Of a stretch of 64,000 nucleotides of DNA, positions 11,289-20,726 are shown piece by piece. The DNA comes from Candidatus Pelagibacter sp. GTDB lineage: Bacteria > Pseudomonadota > Alphaproteobacteria > Pelagibacterales > Pelagibacteraceae. The notes beneath the pieces were generated by a model. The model did not search any database. It was not told where the DNA came from and saw only the letters and a program-made list of their open reading frames with translations. A program made the position numbers and the translations under genes. Each line of letters opens with the position of its first letter. The first letter of the stretch is position 1. Location of the stretch: positions 314,468 through 378,467 of the forward strand of contig NZ_JBNGYZ010000001.1 of NCBI RefSeq assembly GCF_052049975.1, in the 5' to 3' direction.

Positions 11289-11969
11289 ATGAAAAAAATA
11301 ACCTTTATTTTACTGTTTTTTTTAATCTCAAGTAATTCATTTTCTCATATGGGTCACTATAAAAACTTTAATAACATTGAAATGGAAATTTTAAGAAATG
11401 GTGAGGTGATTGGATATAATTTTTATTTTTTTAAAAGAGATGGAAATAATACCACTGTAACAAATCAAATTAAATTTACTGTAAAACTATTTGGTGCAAT
11501 AGTTTTTGAAGTAGAAGGTTATGGTGAGGAAAAATATAATAAAGAGCAACTCATCTCTTATGAATCTAAAACTAGACAAAACAAAAAAAATAAATTTGTC
11601 GATCTAAAATATGATAACCAAAATAATCAATATAAAGTGAATGGTTCCTCTTATACTGGTTTAGCTGGTAATGATAATGTAATTGGGAATTGGTGGAGTC
11701 ATAAAATACTTCAGGCAAACTCTCAGATCAGTCCAATATCAGGAAGTATAAAAGAACAAGTTGTAACATTCCTTGGTAAGGAGACAATAACACTTTATGG
11801 TAAATCTTATGAAGTTGAGCATTTTAAACTTCAATCAAAAGACATGAGTTTATCCGAAGATAAAAGATTAGATTTTGACATCTGGTACGATAAAGAAAAC
11901 TCGATCATTAGAAAAGTAACTTATTCAAGAATGGGTGAATGGGAATATAGAGTAAAAGAATTTAATTAG
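11289..11969 (+). CDS. Exported beta-rich protein, DUF6134-like
   Basis: Sec signal peptide. ILRNGEVIG near the N-terminus, alternating beta pattern, IWYDKE near the C-terminus. Family call from recall. Confidence 0.55.
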   Translation: MKKITFILLFFLISSNSFSHMGHYKNFNNIEMEILRNGEVIGYNFYFFKRDGNNTTVTNQIKFTVKLFGAIVFEVEGYGEEKYNKEQLISYESKTRQNKKNKFVDLKYDNQNNQYKVNGSSYTGLAGNDNVIGNWWSHKILQANSQISPISGSIKEQVVTFLGKETITLYGKSYEVEHFKLQSKDMSLSEDKRLDFDIWYDKENSIIRKVTYSRMGEWEYRVKEFN

Positions 11970-12942
11970 ATTTTTTTATTTTATCATAAAGATCATTAGC
12001 ACTAATCCAACCTGACTCTAATCTGGATCCAACAAACCAATCTCCACATATCCCAAGTTTTATTTTTTTATCCCAATAGCTTTTTATTTTAAGTGATTTA
12101 GGATTGTATGAATATTTCCATCCGTGATTTAAAATATTATTTAACTTTTCTTTCTTAGTATTTGTTAATTCAAAAAATTTATTTATTAGAATATTCGAGT
12201 TTATTGATTTCATTTTTTTATTTTTATTTATTTTTTTATTTGCCCAATTACTTGTACTTTGTAAGGTCCAATGATTAAATCTGCTTTTAAATCTATTTTT
12301 ACTGTTCTCTAATGCAGCCCAACCCAATATAGGATCATCAAAAAAATAACTGCTAATTTTTTCAATATTTTTTTTTAATGTAAACATTACGGTTATATTT
12401 GCATTCATTTTTATTTTATTTTTAAGAATACTTTTGTCTTTTAAATAATTAATGGTTAATTTTTTGGTCTGAGGGTGAGGACAAGTTAAAATTAAGTTTT
12501 TACAATTTATTTTTGTGTTATTTGTAAATTTTAACTCCCAATACAAGTTTTTTCTTTTTATTTTTTTTAGTTCACTCTCAAAATTACAATTAATATCTTT
12601 AATTAAATACTTGCTGATATCGTTATTTCCATTTGTTCCTATTATCTTTTGATGTTTCTTATTTTCTTTTATTTTATTATTTAAAAAAAGATGGTTCCCA
12701 CTCCACTTTTTTAAAATTCTTAATTTAATTAATTTATTAATGAATTTTTTAAATTTAAGTGTTTTCGGAGAAATGTATTGCACTCCATGATCATAACCAA
12801 TTTTTTTATCAAATCTTTTAAATGAAGATCTTCCACCTGGGCCTCTTGCCTTATCATAAATAGCAACTTGATATTTTTTTTTTAATAAATTTGCAATTGT
12901 GGAGCCAGATATGCCTGAACCAATTATACAATAATCAATCAT
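11962..12942 (-). CDS. Renalase-like NAD(P)/FAD-dependent oxidoreductase
   Basis: IIGSGISG Rossmann motif, DKARGPGGRSS, YDHGVQY, WKYS, ICGDW. Confidence 0.85.
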   Translation of the reverse strand: MIDYCIIGSGISGSTIANLLKKKYQVAIYDKARGPGGRSSFKRFDKKIGYDHGVQYISPKTLKFKKFINKLIKLRILKKWSGNHLFLNNKIKENKKHQKIIGTNGNNDISKYLIKDINCNFESELKKIKRKNLYWELKFTNNTKINCKNLILTCPHPQTKKLTINYLKDKSILKNKIKMNANITVMFTLKKNIEKISSYFFDDPILGWAALENSKNRFKSRFNHWTLQSTSNWANKKINKNKKMKSINSNILINKFFELTNTKKEKLNNILNHGWKYSYNPKSLKIKSYWDKKIKLGICGDWFVGSRLESGWISANDLYDKIKKSN

Positions 12943-14255
12943 TTACCAGCAACAACCATTCCCTCTATCATCATTGTTGGAGAATTTGTTGCATATTCAA
13001 ACTCTAAATCATTGGCAAGTGTTAGATTTTTAAACATATCTTTTAAATTACCAGCAATTGTAATTTCGTTTACTGGTTCTTTTAAAATTCCATTTTCAAC
13101 TAAATAACCTGCAGCACCAACAGAGTAATCGCCAGTAATTAAATTTGTGCCATGACCAATAGTTTCAGTAATATAAATAGCCTTAGATGAAGAATTTAAA
13201 AGATCATCATAACTTGTATTTCCTCTGTCAAAATATAAATTTGTAGAACCTCCAGCTCTACCATTAGATTTGATATTTAATTTTTTTCCATTGTATGTAT
13301 CAACTAAATAGTTTTTTAGAATTCCTTTATCTACTAAACATAGTTCATTTGAATGAACACCTTCTCCATCAAAAAGCTGAGATCCTAAACCTTTTTTGAT
13401 ATCAGGCTTATCAATTATGGTAATATTTTTTGAAAAAATCTCTGAACCAATTTTATCTTTCAAAAACGATGTACCTCTTGCAATTGAGGATGAGGAGATT
13501 GCTCCTGAAAATGCACTTAATATTCCTTTTGCTATTCTTTTATCAAAAATTAGATTTAACTTTTCACTGCCAATTTTTTTAGGACTAAGTTTTTTTATTG
13601 TTCTATCTGTTGCTAATTTTGCTAATTCTTCTGGTTTCTTAATTTCATCTAAGTGGCACTTACTTGTATATTCATAATCCCTTTCCATTCCCCCATTATC
13701 TTTAGCAACAACGACACATGATGAAGAGAATGATGAAGATTTATGTCCACCACTAAATCCGTCACTATTAATTAAGATAAAATTAGATTTGTTCTGTGAA
13801 AATCCAGACTCTGTATTTACTACTTTTTTTTCTTCAAAAACCTTCTCTTCTAATTCTTTAAGATATAGAATTTTTTTATCATTCTCAAAACTTGTATCAT
13901 CGTAAAGTTCTAAATCTAAATTATCTTTAGAATAAAGATCTTTATCCGGTAAAGAATTAAACTCATCCTCAGGTGTTAATTTTGTAGTTTCTACACACCT
14001 TTCAATAAGTGTTTTTAGATTGTCATTTAATAAATTTGAAGATGCTATGGAAGATTTTTTTTTATTTATATAAGTTGTAATACTTGCGACTAAACTATCT
14101 GATCGATTAGACTCATCTAAAATTTTATTTCTAAAGCTTACTGTTTCATCGATAGAATTTGAAACCAAAACTTCACAATCTGTTGCACCAAATTTTTTTG
14201 CTAAATCCAAACATTGAGAAGCTTTATCCTCTAAGAAATTTTGATCTTTGACCAT
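12939..14255 (-). CDS. pmbA: PmbA/TldE protein
   Basis: MERDYEY, RGTSFLKDKIG, FDGEG, TGDYSVGAAG, EITIAGNLKDMF. Follows tldD. Confidence 0.9.
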   Translation of the reverse strand: MVKDQNFLEDKASQCLDLAKKFGATDCEVLVSNSIDETVSFRNKILDESNRSDSLVASITTYINKKKSSIASSNLLNDNLKTLIERCVETTKLTPEDEFNSLPDKDLYSKDNLDLELYDDTSFENDKKILYLKELEEKVFEEKKVVNTESGFSQNKSNFILINSDGFSGGHKSSSFSSSCVVVAKDNGGMERDYEYTSKCHLDEIKKPEELAKLATDRTIKKLSPKKIGSEKLNLIFDKRIAKGILSAFSGAISSSSIARGTSFLKDKIGSEIFSKNITIIDKPDIKKGLGSQLFDGEGVHSNELCLVDKGILKNYLVDTYNGKKLNIKSNGRAGGSTNLYFDRGNTSYDDLLNSSSKAIYITETIGHGTNLITGDYSVGAAGYLVENGILKEPVNEITIAGNLKDMFKNLTLANDLEFEYATNSPTMMIEGMVVAGK

Positions 14256-14257
14256 AA

Positions 14258-15670
14258 TTAAAGTTGTGTTCCGCCAACAGTCATTTGGTCAATTAATATT
14301 GAAGGTTGGGCAACACCTACGGGAACTCCTTGTCCTGCTTTTCCACAAGTTCCTATACCTGGATCTAACATCATATCATTACCAACCATTGAAACTTTTC
14401 TTAAAATTGATGGTCCATCTCCAATCAAAGTTGCACCTTTAATTGGTGAACCAATTTTCCCATCAATAATTTCATATGCTTCAGTACAGTTAAATACAAA
14501 TTTTCCAGAGGTGATATCAACTTGACCGCCACCAAAACTGACCGCAAATATTCCCTTCTTTACAGAAGATATCATTTCATCCTGAGTATTCTTACCACTT
14601 AACATCATGGTATTTCTCATTCTTGGAAGAACAACATGCTTGTAACTTTCTCTTCTACCACTTCCCGTAGACTTTGTGTTCATCAATCTGGCATTCATAC
14701 GGTCTTGCATATAATTCTTCAATATTCCATTTTCAATTAAAACCGTTTTTTCTGTTGGAGTCCCTTCATCATCTATTGTCAAACTACCCCTCCTATTATC
14801 AATTGTTCCATCATCTACAATTGTAACTCCCTTGCTTGCAACTTTTTCTCCCATTAAATTATGAAAGGCAGATGTTTTTTTTCTATTAAAATCTCCTTCT
14901 AATCCATGACCAATTGCTTCGTGAATAAGAATTGCAGGCCATCCTGGTCCCAAAACAACAGGCATTTCTCCAGCAGGTGCAGGCTTACTTTCTAAATTTA
15001 CCGAAGCAATTCTCAAAGCTTCATCACAAACATTTTTCCAATTATTGTCTTTTAAATAAGTATCATATGACTGTCTGCCACCAATACCATATACGCCAGA
15101 CTCTTTTCTTCCATTTTTCTCCAACATCACAGAAACATTGAACCTTATTAAAGGTCTAACATCGTTTAGAGTTTCACCTCCTGCTCTTATTATTTCTACT
15201 GATTTTTGTTCACCACTAAAACTTGCTGTCACTTGTTTTGTGTTTGGATTTTTTGATCTTATATAATTATTTACATTATTTAAAATTTCTATTTTAGAGT
15301 TTAAGTCTTTCTGCTCTATAGGATTAATATCCTCATAAAATTTCTTGTTAGTTTTTGGTATTGAATGATTATAGGTACCCTTAATTGATTTAAGGGTAGC
15401 TTTTAAATTATCAGAAGATTTTTTTAGAGAATCTTTAGATATTTCATTTGAATGAGAATAAGCAACTACCTCACCTGAAATTGCCCTAAAGCCAAACCCT
15501 AGATCTGTGGCATAACTAGAACTTTTTATCTTATTATCATCTAGCAAAATCGACTCTGCTTTTGAGTCTTCTAAATAAAGTTCACCATCATCACATGAGT
15601 TCAAAGTCTCTGATACGATTTCATCAGCAATATTTTTTGAAATATCTGTATTTTTGAAGAAGTTAGACAT
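14258..15670 (-). CDS. tldD: Metalloprotease TldD
   Basis: HEAIGHGLEGDFNRK (HExxxH), GSGRRESY, PRMRNT, CGKAGQGVPVG. Confidence 0.95.
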   Translation of the reverse strand: MSNFFKNTDISKNIADEIVSETLNSCDDGELYLEDSKAESILLDDNKIKSSSYATDLGFGFRAISGEVVAYSHSNEISKDSLKKSSDNLKATLKSIKGTYNHSIPKTNKKFYEDINPIEQKDLNSKIEILNNVNNYIRSKNPNTKQVTASFSGEQKSVEIIRAGGETLNDVRPLIRFNVSVMLEKNGRKESGVYGIGGRQSYDTYLKDNNWKNVCDEALRIASVNLESKPAPAGEMPVVLGPGWPAILIHEAIGHGLEGDFNRKKTSAFHNLMGEKVASKGVTIVDDGTIDNRRGSLTIDDEGTPTEKTVLIENGILKNYMQDRMNARLMNTKSTGSGRRESYKHVVLPRMRNTMMLSGKNTQDEMISSVKKGIFAVSFGGGQVDITSGKFVFNCTEAYEIIDGKIGSPIKGATLIGDGPSILRKVSMVGNDMMLDPGIGTCGKAGQGVPVGVAQPSILIDQMTVGGTQL

Positions 15671-15756
15671 ATCTAGTATGTAGTTAATTACTTTAATAAT
15701 TCAACTAATAGATTTAACTCACTTGTAAGTTTTAATAAGAATATTATCTTAAAACC

Positions 15757-16107
15757 ATGAAGGTTTATTTCAATAATTCCTGTAAAATCTGTAAAGCTGA
15801 AATTGATCTCTATAAAAAAGAAAAGTGTAGTGAAATTGATTGGGTAGACATTACAAATAACAAAGTTGCATCAGAAGAAACTAATAAATCTGACAAAGAT
15901 CTTTTAAGAAGATTGCATGTAAAAGAGGGTGATAAGATAATTGGCGGTGCAGAAGCTTTTTTAATACTGTGGAGTAAAATGCCAAAGTATAGATTTTTAT
16001 ATAAATTTTTTAAACTTCCAATAATTTTTCCAATTTTTAATCTACTTTATGAATTTGTTGCTTTCTTTTTGTATTTAAAAAATAAAAAACAATTAAAAAA
16101 TTACTGA
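15757..16107 (+). CDS. DCC1/DUF393-family thiol-disulfide oxidoreductase
   Basis: N-terminal YFNNSCKIC (CxxC), LRRLHV, GAEAF..LW. Confidence 0.8.
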   Translation: MKVYFNNSCKICKAEIDLYKKEKCSEIDWVDITNNKVASEETNKSDKDLLRRLHVKEGDKIIGGAEAFLILWSKMPKYRFLYKFFKLPIIFPIFNLLYEFVAFFLYLKNKKQLKNY

Positions 16108-16394
16108 AAAAAAAATATCAATACCTCACTTAAAAACCACATAGAAATAAAAAACATTATGAAGAAAACAATGTACATATAAGTAACTACTTTATTTCTT
16201 TTTCTTCTTAGTCTTACAAAATCTTTATCATCTAGATCAGAGATATCACTTTCTCCAATCACGTGATAATCGTAACTCCATCTCCAAAGAGAGTCGCCTA
16301 ATCTATCATCTAATTTATTAAAATAATCAATCCAGGCTAAAATATATTTAATGATAAAAAATAAAATTAATAATGTAATAAAACTTGCAAACAT
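16101..16394 (-). CDS. Small hypothetical membrane protein (two TM segments)
   Basis: Hydrophobic N- and C-terminal segments flanking a polar loop. Starts 5 nt after the stop of the upstream gene. Confidence 0.65.
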   Translation of the reverse strand: MFASFITLLILFFIIKYILAWIDYFNKLDDRLGDSLWRWSYDYHVIGESDISDLDDKDFVRLRRKRNKVVTYMYIVFFIMFFISMWFLSEVLIFFFQ

Positions 16395-16399
16395 TAATT

Positions 16400-17605
16400 T
16401 TAATTTTCAGATTTTGATCTCATTCTACCAATTAATTGTGTTAAAGAGTCTACCATCATGTCAGAGGCTTTAAAAATTTCATTATTTTTGTATTCGTGAG
16501 AAAGATTTTTTTCTGGATTAGTTTTGTCTTCAATTACTATCCCCTCATCTGGAGAATTGTTTTTTATATAAATAAGTAATAACCATTCATCATCTGAAGA
16601 CTCGTCCCATCTGATAAATATCTCACCAGTTTCAAACCTTCTATCTATACAACGTAAAATTGACATATGTCTGGTAATGTGTCGCTTATTCAATTGAAAA
16701 ACCAAACTACTTGCACTCCTATAAAAACTTTCAAGTGCAAACTCAACCTTTTGTCTTGCTAATGTAAATTCTTTCTCTTTTTGTAATAAAGTTTCTCTAT
16801 CTTCATCTCCAATTAATTTTACTCCTAAAGCCTCTACTCTTTCTCTAATTTTCTGATCTCTAATTATTCGGTATTTTTCTTTTAATTTATCTATTCTTTG
16901 TTGGAGTTCTGCATAATCTTCTCTCTCTTCTTTAAGTGAAATTCTCTCAAGATTTTCAAGCTCCTTAATCTCTCTAATTCTAAATTTTTCAATTTGCTTA
17001 TCTAATTTTAATTTTTGTAAAAATTGTTTTTGTTTTTCTGCCTGCTCAATTCTGATTAGAGCTTGTTCTTTCCTTAAAAATGCCTTGATGTCTCTTGCTC
17101 TTTCTTTTTCTAATTTTATTTCATCTTTAATTGCTTGTTTTTTAAGTTTTAATTCTAATGTTGCTTGTTCTTTTTTTCTTTTTTGATCTTCTTTTTTTAA
17201 ATCTTCTTCTCTCTTTATCTGTTCTAATTGTATTCGTCTTTTCTCATCAGCTCTTAAAGTTTTATAGTTTGTAATTGTTGACTCAATTTTATCAAAAAAA
17301 GATTGAATATATTTTTCAATATTGATTGAAAAATTGAAATTAAAATTTGGTTTTAATGCAAATTGAAGTCTAACAAGTTTTGATACAAAAGTTTCTTTTG
17401 ATTTTATTTTAATTTTTCTTAAACTTTTCTTGAAATTTTTAGATTTATTTTTTCTTAAACTTTTGGGTATCTTTTTTAAAATTTTCTTACTTCTTTTAAT
17501 TTTCTTTACTTTTTTTATTATAGGTTTTTTTTTAAAATTTCTTCCTCTTTTAGTGATTTTCCCCTTTTTACCTGATTTTTTATTTTTCTTTTTAAATTTT
17601 TTCAT
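16400..17605 (-). CDS. Hypothetical protein: Lys-rich N-terminus, long coiled coil, globular C-terminal domain
   Basis: 401-codon ORF filling the gap between co-oriented genes. First 70 aa contain 38 K/R and no D/E, followed by an E/K/R/Q-rich helical region and a mixed alpha/beta C-terminus. Confidence 0.8.
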   Translation of the reverse strand: MKKFKKKNKKSGKKGKITKRGRNFKKKPIIKKVKKIKRSKKILKKIPKSLRKNKSKNFKKSLRKIKIKSKETFVSKLVRLQFALKPNFNFNFSINIEKYIQSFFDKIESTITNYKTLRADEKRRIQLEQIKREEDLKKEDQKRKKEQATLELKLKKQAIKDEIKLEKERARDIKAFLRKEQALIRIEQAEKQKQFLQKLKLDKQIEKFRIREIKELENLERISLKEEREDYAELQQRIDKLKEKYRIIRDQKIRERVEALGVKLIGDEDRETLLQKEKEFTLARQKVEFALESFYRSASSLVFQLNKRHITRHMSILRCIDRRFETGEIFIRWDESSDDEWLLLIYIKNNSPDEGIVIEDKTNPEKNLSHEYKNNEIFKASDMMVDSLTQLIGRMRSKSEN

Positions 17606-17631
17606 AAAGAAATTTGATATTTATCTAGTAT

Positions 17632-18822
17632 TTATTGGTAAATATAGTCTCTTGTGGCTGGAGTTGAAGTATAATTTTTTGTTAATTGAAATTGATAAAC
17701 AACCTGGTCACCCCATTTAAATGCCATTTCACAACCTGCAAGATAAAACTCCCACATTCTAAAAAACTTTTCATCAAACATTTTAATAATTTTCTCTTTA
17801 TTTTTTAAACAATTCAATTTCCAATTTCTTAAAGTGTACGAATAGTGAAGTTTCAACACCTCGATATCAGAAATTACTAAACCTGCCTTTTCAACGGGCT
17901 TTGTAACCTCACTTAAACTAGGCGTATATCCTCCTGGAAATATATATTTTGTAATCCAAGGATGAGGATCTCTAGGTGGCATTACAGATCCAATTGTATG
18001 AATTAACGAAACTCCATCATCTTTCAATAATCTTTCAACTTGTTTAAAAAACTTTTTATAAAATTTTCTTCCGACATGTTCAAACATTCCTACACTTACA
18101 ATTCTATCAAACTTCTCATTTAATTCTCTATAATCGATCAATTTAAATTTTACTTGATTATCGAGATTTAATTCTTTTGCTTTTTGACTAGCGTATTTGA
18201 GTTGGTTTTCAGATAATGTTATGCCAGTAACTTCACAATCAGTTTTTTTTGCAATTTCGAGAGCTAAACCTCCCCAGCCACAACCAATATCTAAAACTTT
18301 TTGATCTTTTTTAATATTTAATTTTTTTATTATATGTTGAATTTTATTATTTTGAGCAGTTTCTAAATCATCATTCTCATTTTTAAAATACCCACAAGAA
18401 TATTGTCTTTTAGGGTCTAAAAATAAATCATATAAATCATCAGAAATATCATAATGATGTGAGACATTCATTTTTGATTTTTTTATAAAATTGAAATTTG
18501 TTAAATAACGATATGATCCTCTCAATCTATTCATTAAATAACTAAGATAATTAAATTCATTTCTACCAATATTCATCAAAGCAATATCTAAAAATTCAGT
18601 TATATCTGAATTTTCAATTTGAAGAGTTCCATCTGTGTAAGCTTCACCAAAATATAAGTCTGGGTTAATTAAGAATTTGTAATGTAATTTTTTATCTAAT
18701 AACTTAATTGTAATTGGTTCTTTTTTTTTAGGTTCACCAATAATATACTTATTTTTATCAGCATTGATTAATATAAATCCATCTTTTTTAAAAATTTGAT
18801 TTAGAAACCTTGCAAGCAACAT
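17632..18822 (-). CDS. cfa: Cyclopropane-fatty-acyl-phospholipid synthase family SAM-dependent methyltransferase
   Basis: HHYDISDDLY, QYSCGYF, LDIGCGWGG, IVSVGMFEHVG, YIFPGG, FFRMWEFYLA. Confidence 0.85.
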   Translation of the reverse strand: MLLARFLNQIFKKDGFILINADKNKYIIGEPKKKEPITIKLLDKKLHYKFLINPDLYFGEAYTDGTLQIENSDITEFLDIALMNIGRNEFNYLSYLMNRLRGSYRYLTNFNFIKKSKMNVSHHYDISDDLYDLFLDPKRQYSCGYFKNENDDLETAQNNKIQHIIKKLNIKKDQKVLDIGCGWGGLALEIAKKTDCEVTGITLSENQLKYASQKAKELNLDNQVKFKLIDYRELNEKFDRIVSVGMFEHVGRKFYKKFFKQVERLLKDDGVSLIHTIGSVMPPRDPHPWITKYIFPGGYTPSLSEVTKPVEKAGLVISDIEVLKLHYSYTLRNWKLNCLKNKEKIIKMFDEKFFRMWEFYLAGCEMAFKWGDQVVYQFQLTKNYTSTPATRDYIYQ

Positions 18823-18823
18823 T

Positions 18824-19711
18824 TTATGCGACTGATTTTAAAGTTAGTTGAAAATCTAGTTTTTTCAAATTTTGAATTAAATCTCTTTTTTCTTCTTCCT
18901 TGAGTAAAGATAATGGAGGTAGAATATTTTCTAATAATTTATCGGACTGACTGAGATAAGCATGAAGGCCTGTAATTGTATTATATTTATCAAATAATTT
19001 TCTTATATCATGTAATTTTTCATCAACTGTTTGTTCTTTTTTTGAAAAGTAATCATCATAAACTTTTCTAGATAGAGAAGCAGAAATGTTAGCATTTGCT
19101 GTAATCATTCCTGCATAACCAAATTTAAGACCTTCTAATAAATTAAGCTCTGTCCCTGAAAAATAAGAAAAATTATCAATTTTAATTTTTTTAAATAAAT
19201 TGCCTGTACTATCTTTGATACCAACTATTTGATCTGGAAATTCTTTTTTAAGTTCCATAACTAAATTTTCATTGAATTTAAATCCACAAAGTGCCTCAAA
19301 ATTATAAAGAATTATTTTCGAAGTAGGAATTGACTTGATTATTTTTTCATAAAACTTTTTTACTCCTAATTCATCATAAGAATAAAATGCGGGTGGCATT
19401 ATTAAAAATTTATTAAAATTTAAAGAGCAAGAAGTTTTCATGAAGTTGATTATTTCAATTAATGAGTTTAATCCTGTTCCAATTATGAATTTGTCACTAT
19501 ATTTACTTTTTGATAATTGATTAATTAGACTTATTTTCTCTGAGACTGAAATATACTGTGCTTGACCAGTGCTGCCAAACATTACAACTCCATGACAACC
19601 TTCATCAATTATTTTTTCTGAGTGTTTTATAGTTTTTTCAATATTTAAGCTTAAATCATCATTAAAAACAGATATTGTTGCCGCATAAATACCACTAATT
19701 AATTTATTCAT
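18824..19711 (-). CDS. DapA/NAL-superfamily class I aldolase of unknown substrate
   Basis: GSTGQ, ILYN, VGIKDSTG (Schiff-base Lys). Lacks the DHDPS YNVPxRT arginine. Confidence 0.8.
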   Translation of the reverse strand: MNKLISGIYAATISVFNDDLSLNIEKTIKHSEKIIDEGCHGVVMFGSTGQAQYISVSEKISLINQLSKSKYSDKFIIGTGLNSLIEIINFMKTSCSLNFNKFLIMPPAFYSYDELGVKKFYEKIIKSIPTSKIILYNFEALCGFKFNENLVMELKKEFPDQIVGIKDSTGNLFKKIKIDNFSYFSGTELNLLEGLKFGYAGMITANANISASLSRKVYDDYFSKKEQTVDEKLHDIRKLFDKYNTITGLHAYLSQSDKLLENILPPLSLLKEEEKRDLIQNLKKLDFQLTLKSVA

Positions 19712-19760
19712 ATAAAAAATTTATATAAATCAAATAAATTAGTAAAGAGTAATTAAAAAC

Positions 19761-20726
19761 ATGAAAATATTAGCAGTTCAGAACAGAATGGGCATGGGTG
19801 ATCTAGTTATTTTCCTCCCATATATTGAAGCTATTTCAAAAAAATTTAATTCTCCAGTAAGTATTTTAGTTCAAGAAAGTTCAAGAGCCACTGATTTCTT
19901 GCAAGATACAAAATATATAGATGAAATAATTATATTAAAAAAAAATAATAAAATTAAAAATGATGAACACAGTGGAATTATTGGATCCTTAAATTTAATT
20001 AAAGATTTAAAAAAGCATAATTTTGAAAAAATATTTATTTTCAATTCTTCATTAAGATACAGGATAGTTTCAATTCTTGCAGGAATTAAACAAATACATC
20101 AATACAAACTTTTTGATAAAAAAAATCAACACATGATAGATACCGCAAAACAATTTCTTAAAAAAGAATTAGAAATTGAAGTAAAAAATGATGCTCGTAT
20201 TGAAATTTCTAAAAATTTTGAAAATGAAATATTAAAAAAAATAAATATAGATAAAAATAAAATTAATGTTCTCTTAGCAATTGGTGGTTCTGGGCCAACT
20301 AAAAGAATACCTGCTTCAACATTTTTAAAATTTATTGAAAAAATTGCAGAAATAAAAAGATATCACTTTTATTTAGCAACTGGTTCTAGTGATGAAGAAC
20401 AAAGAATTCTACAAGAATTCTTAAATTCAGATTTTAAAAATTATTTCACACCTCTAGACAAATATTCAATTAAAGAAATATTGCCTATTATTAAAAATTG
20501 TAAAGTTTCTATTTGTAACGATACAGGATTTGGACATTTCTCGGCTGCTTTAGAGGTGGATACTATTACTCTGATGGCTGATACTCCATTAATGTATGGT
20601 GACTATAGCTCAAAAATGCACCCTATTATTCCTGATGGAGAAGAAACTGTATCGCACGATACTCTAGGAAAAGATAAGATTAATTCAGATAAAATTTTTA
20701 AAAAATTTTTATCATTAGTTTGTTAA
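19761..20726 (+). CDS. Glycosyltransferase family 9 (heptosyltransferase-like)
   Basis: GMGDLVIFLP, GGSGPTKR, ICNDTGFGHFSAAL. Confidence 0.85.
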   Translation: MKILAVQNRMGMGDLVIFLPYIEAISKKFNSPVSILVQESSRATDFLQDTKYIDEIIILKKNNKIKNDEHSGIIGSLNLIKDLKKHNFEKIFIFNSSLRYRIVSILAGIKQIHQYKLFDKKNQHMIDTAKQFLKKELEIEVKNDARIEISKNFENEILKKINIDKNKINVLLAIGGSGPTKRIPASTFLKFIEKIAEIKRYHFYLATGSSDEEQRILQEFLNSDFKNYFTPLDKYSIKEILPIIKNCKVSICNDTGFGHFSAALEVDTITLMADTPLMYGDYSSKMHPIIPDGEETVSHDTLGKDKINSDKIFKKFLSLVC

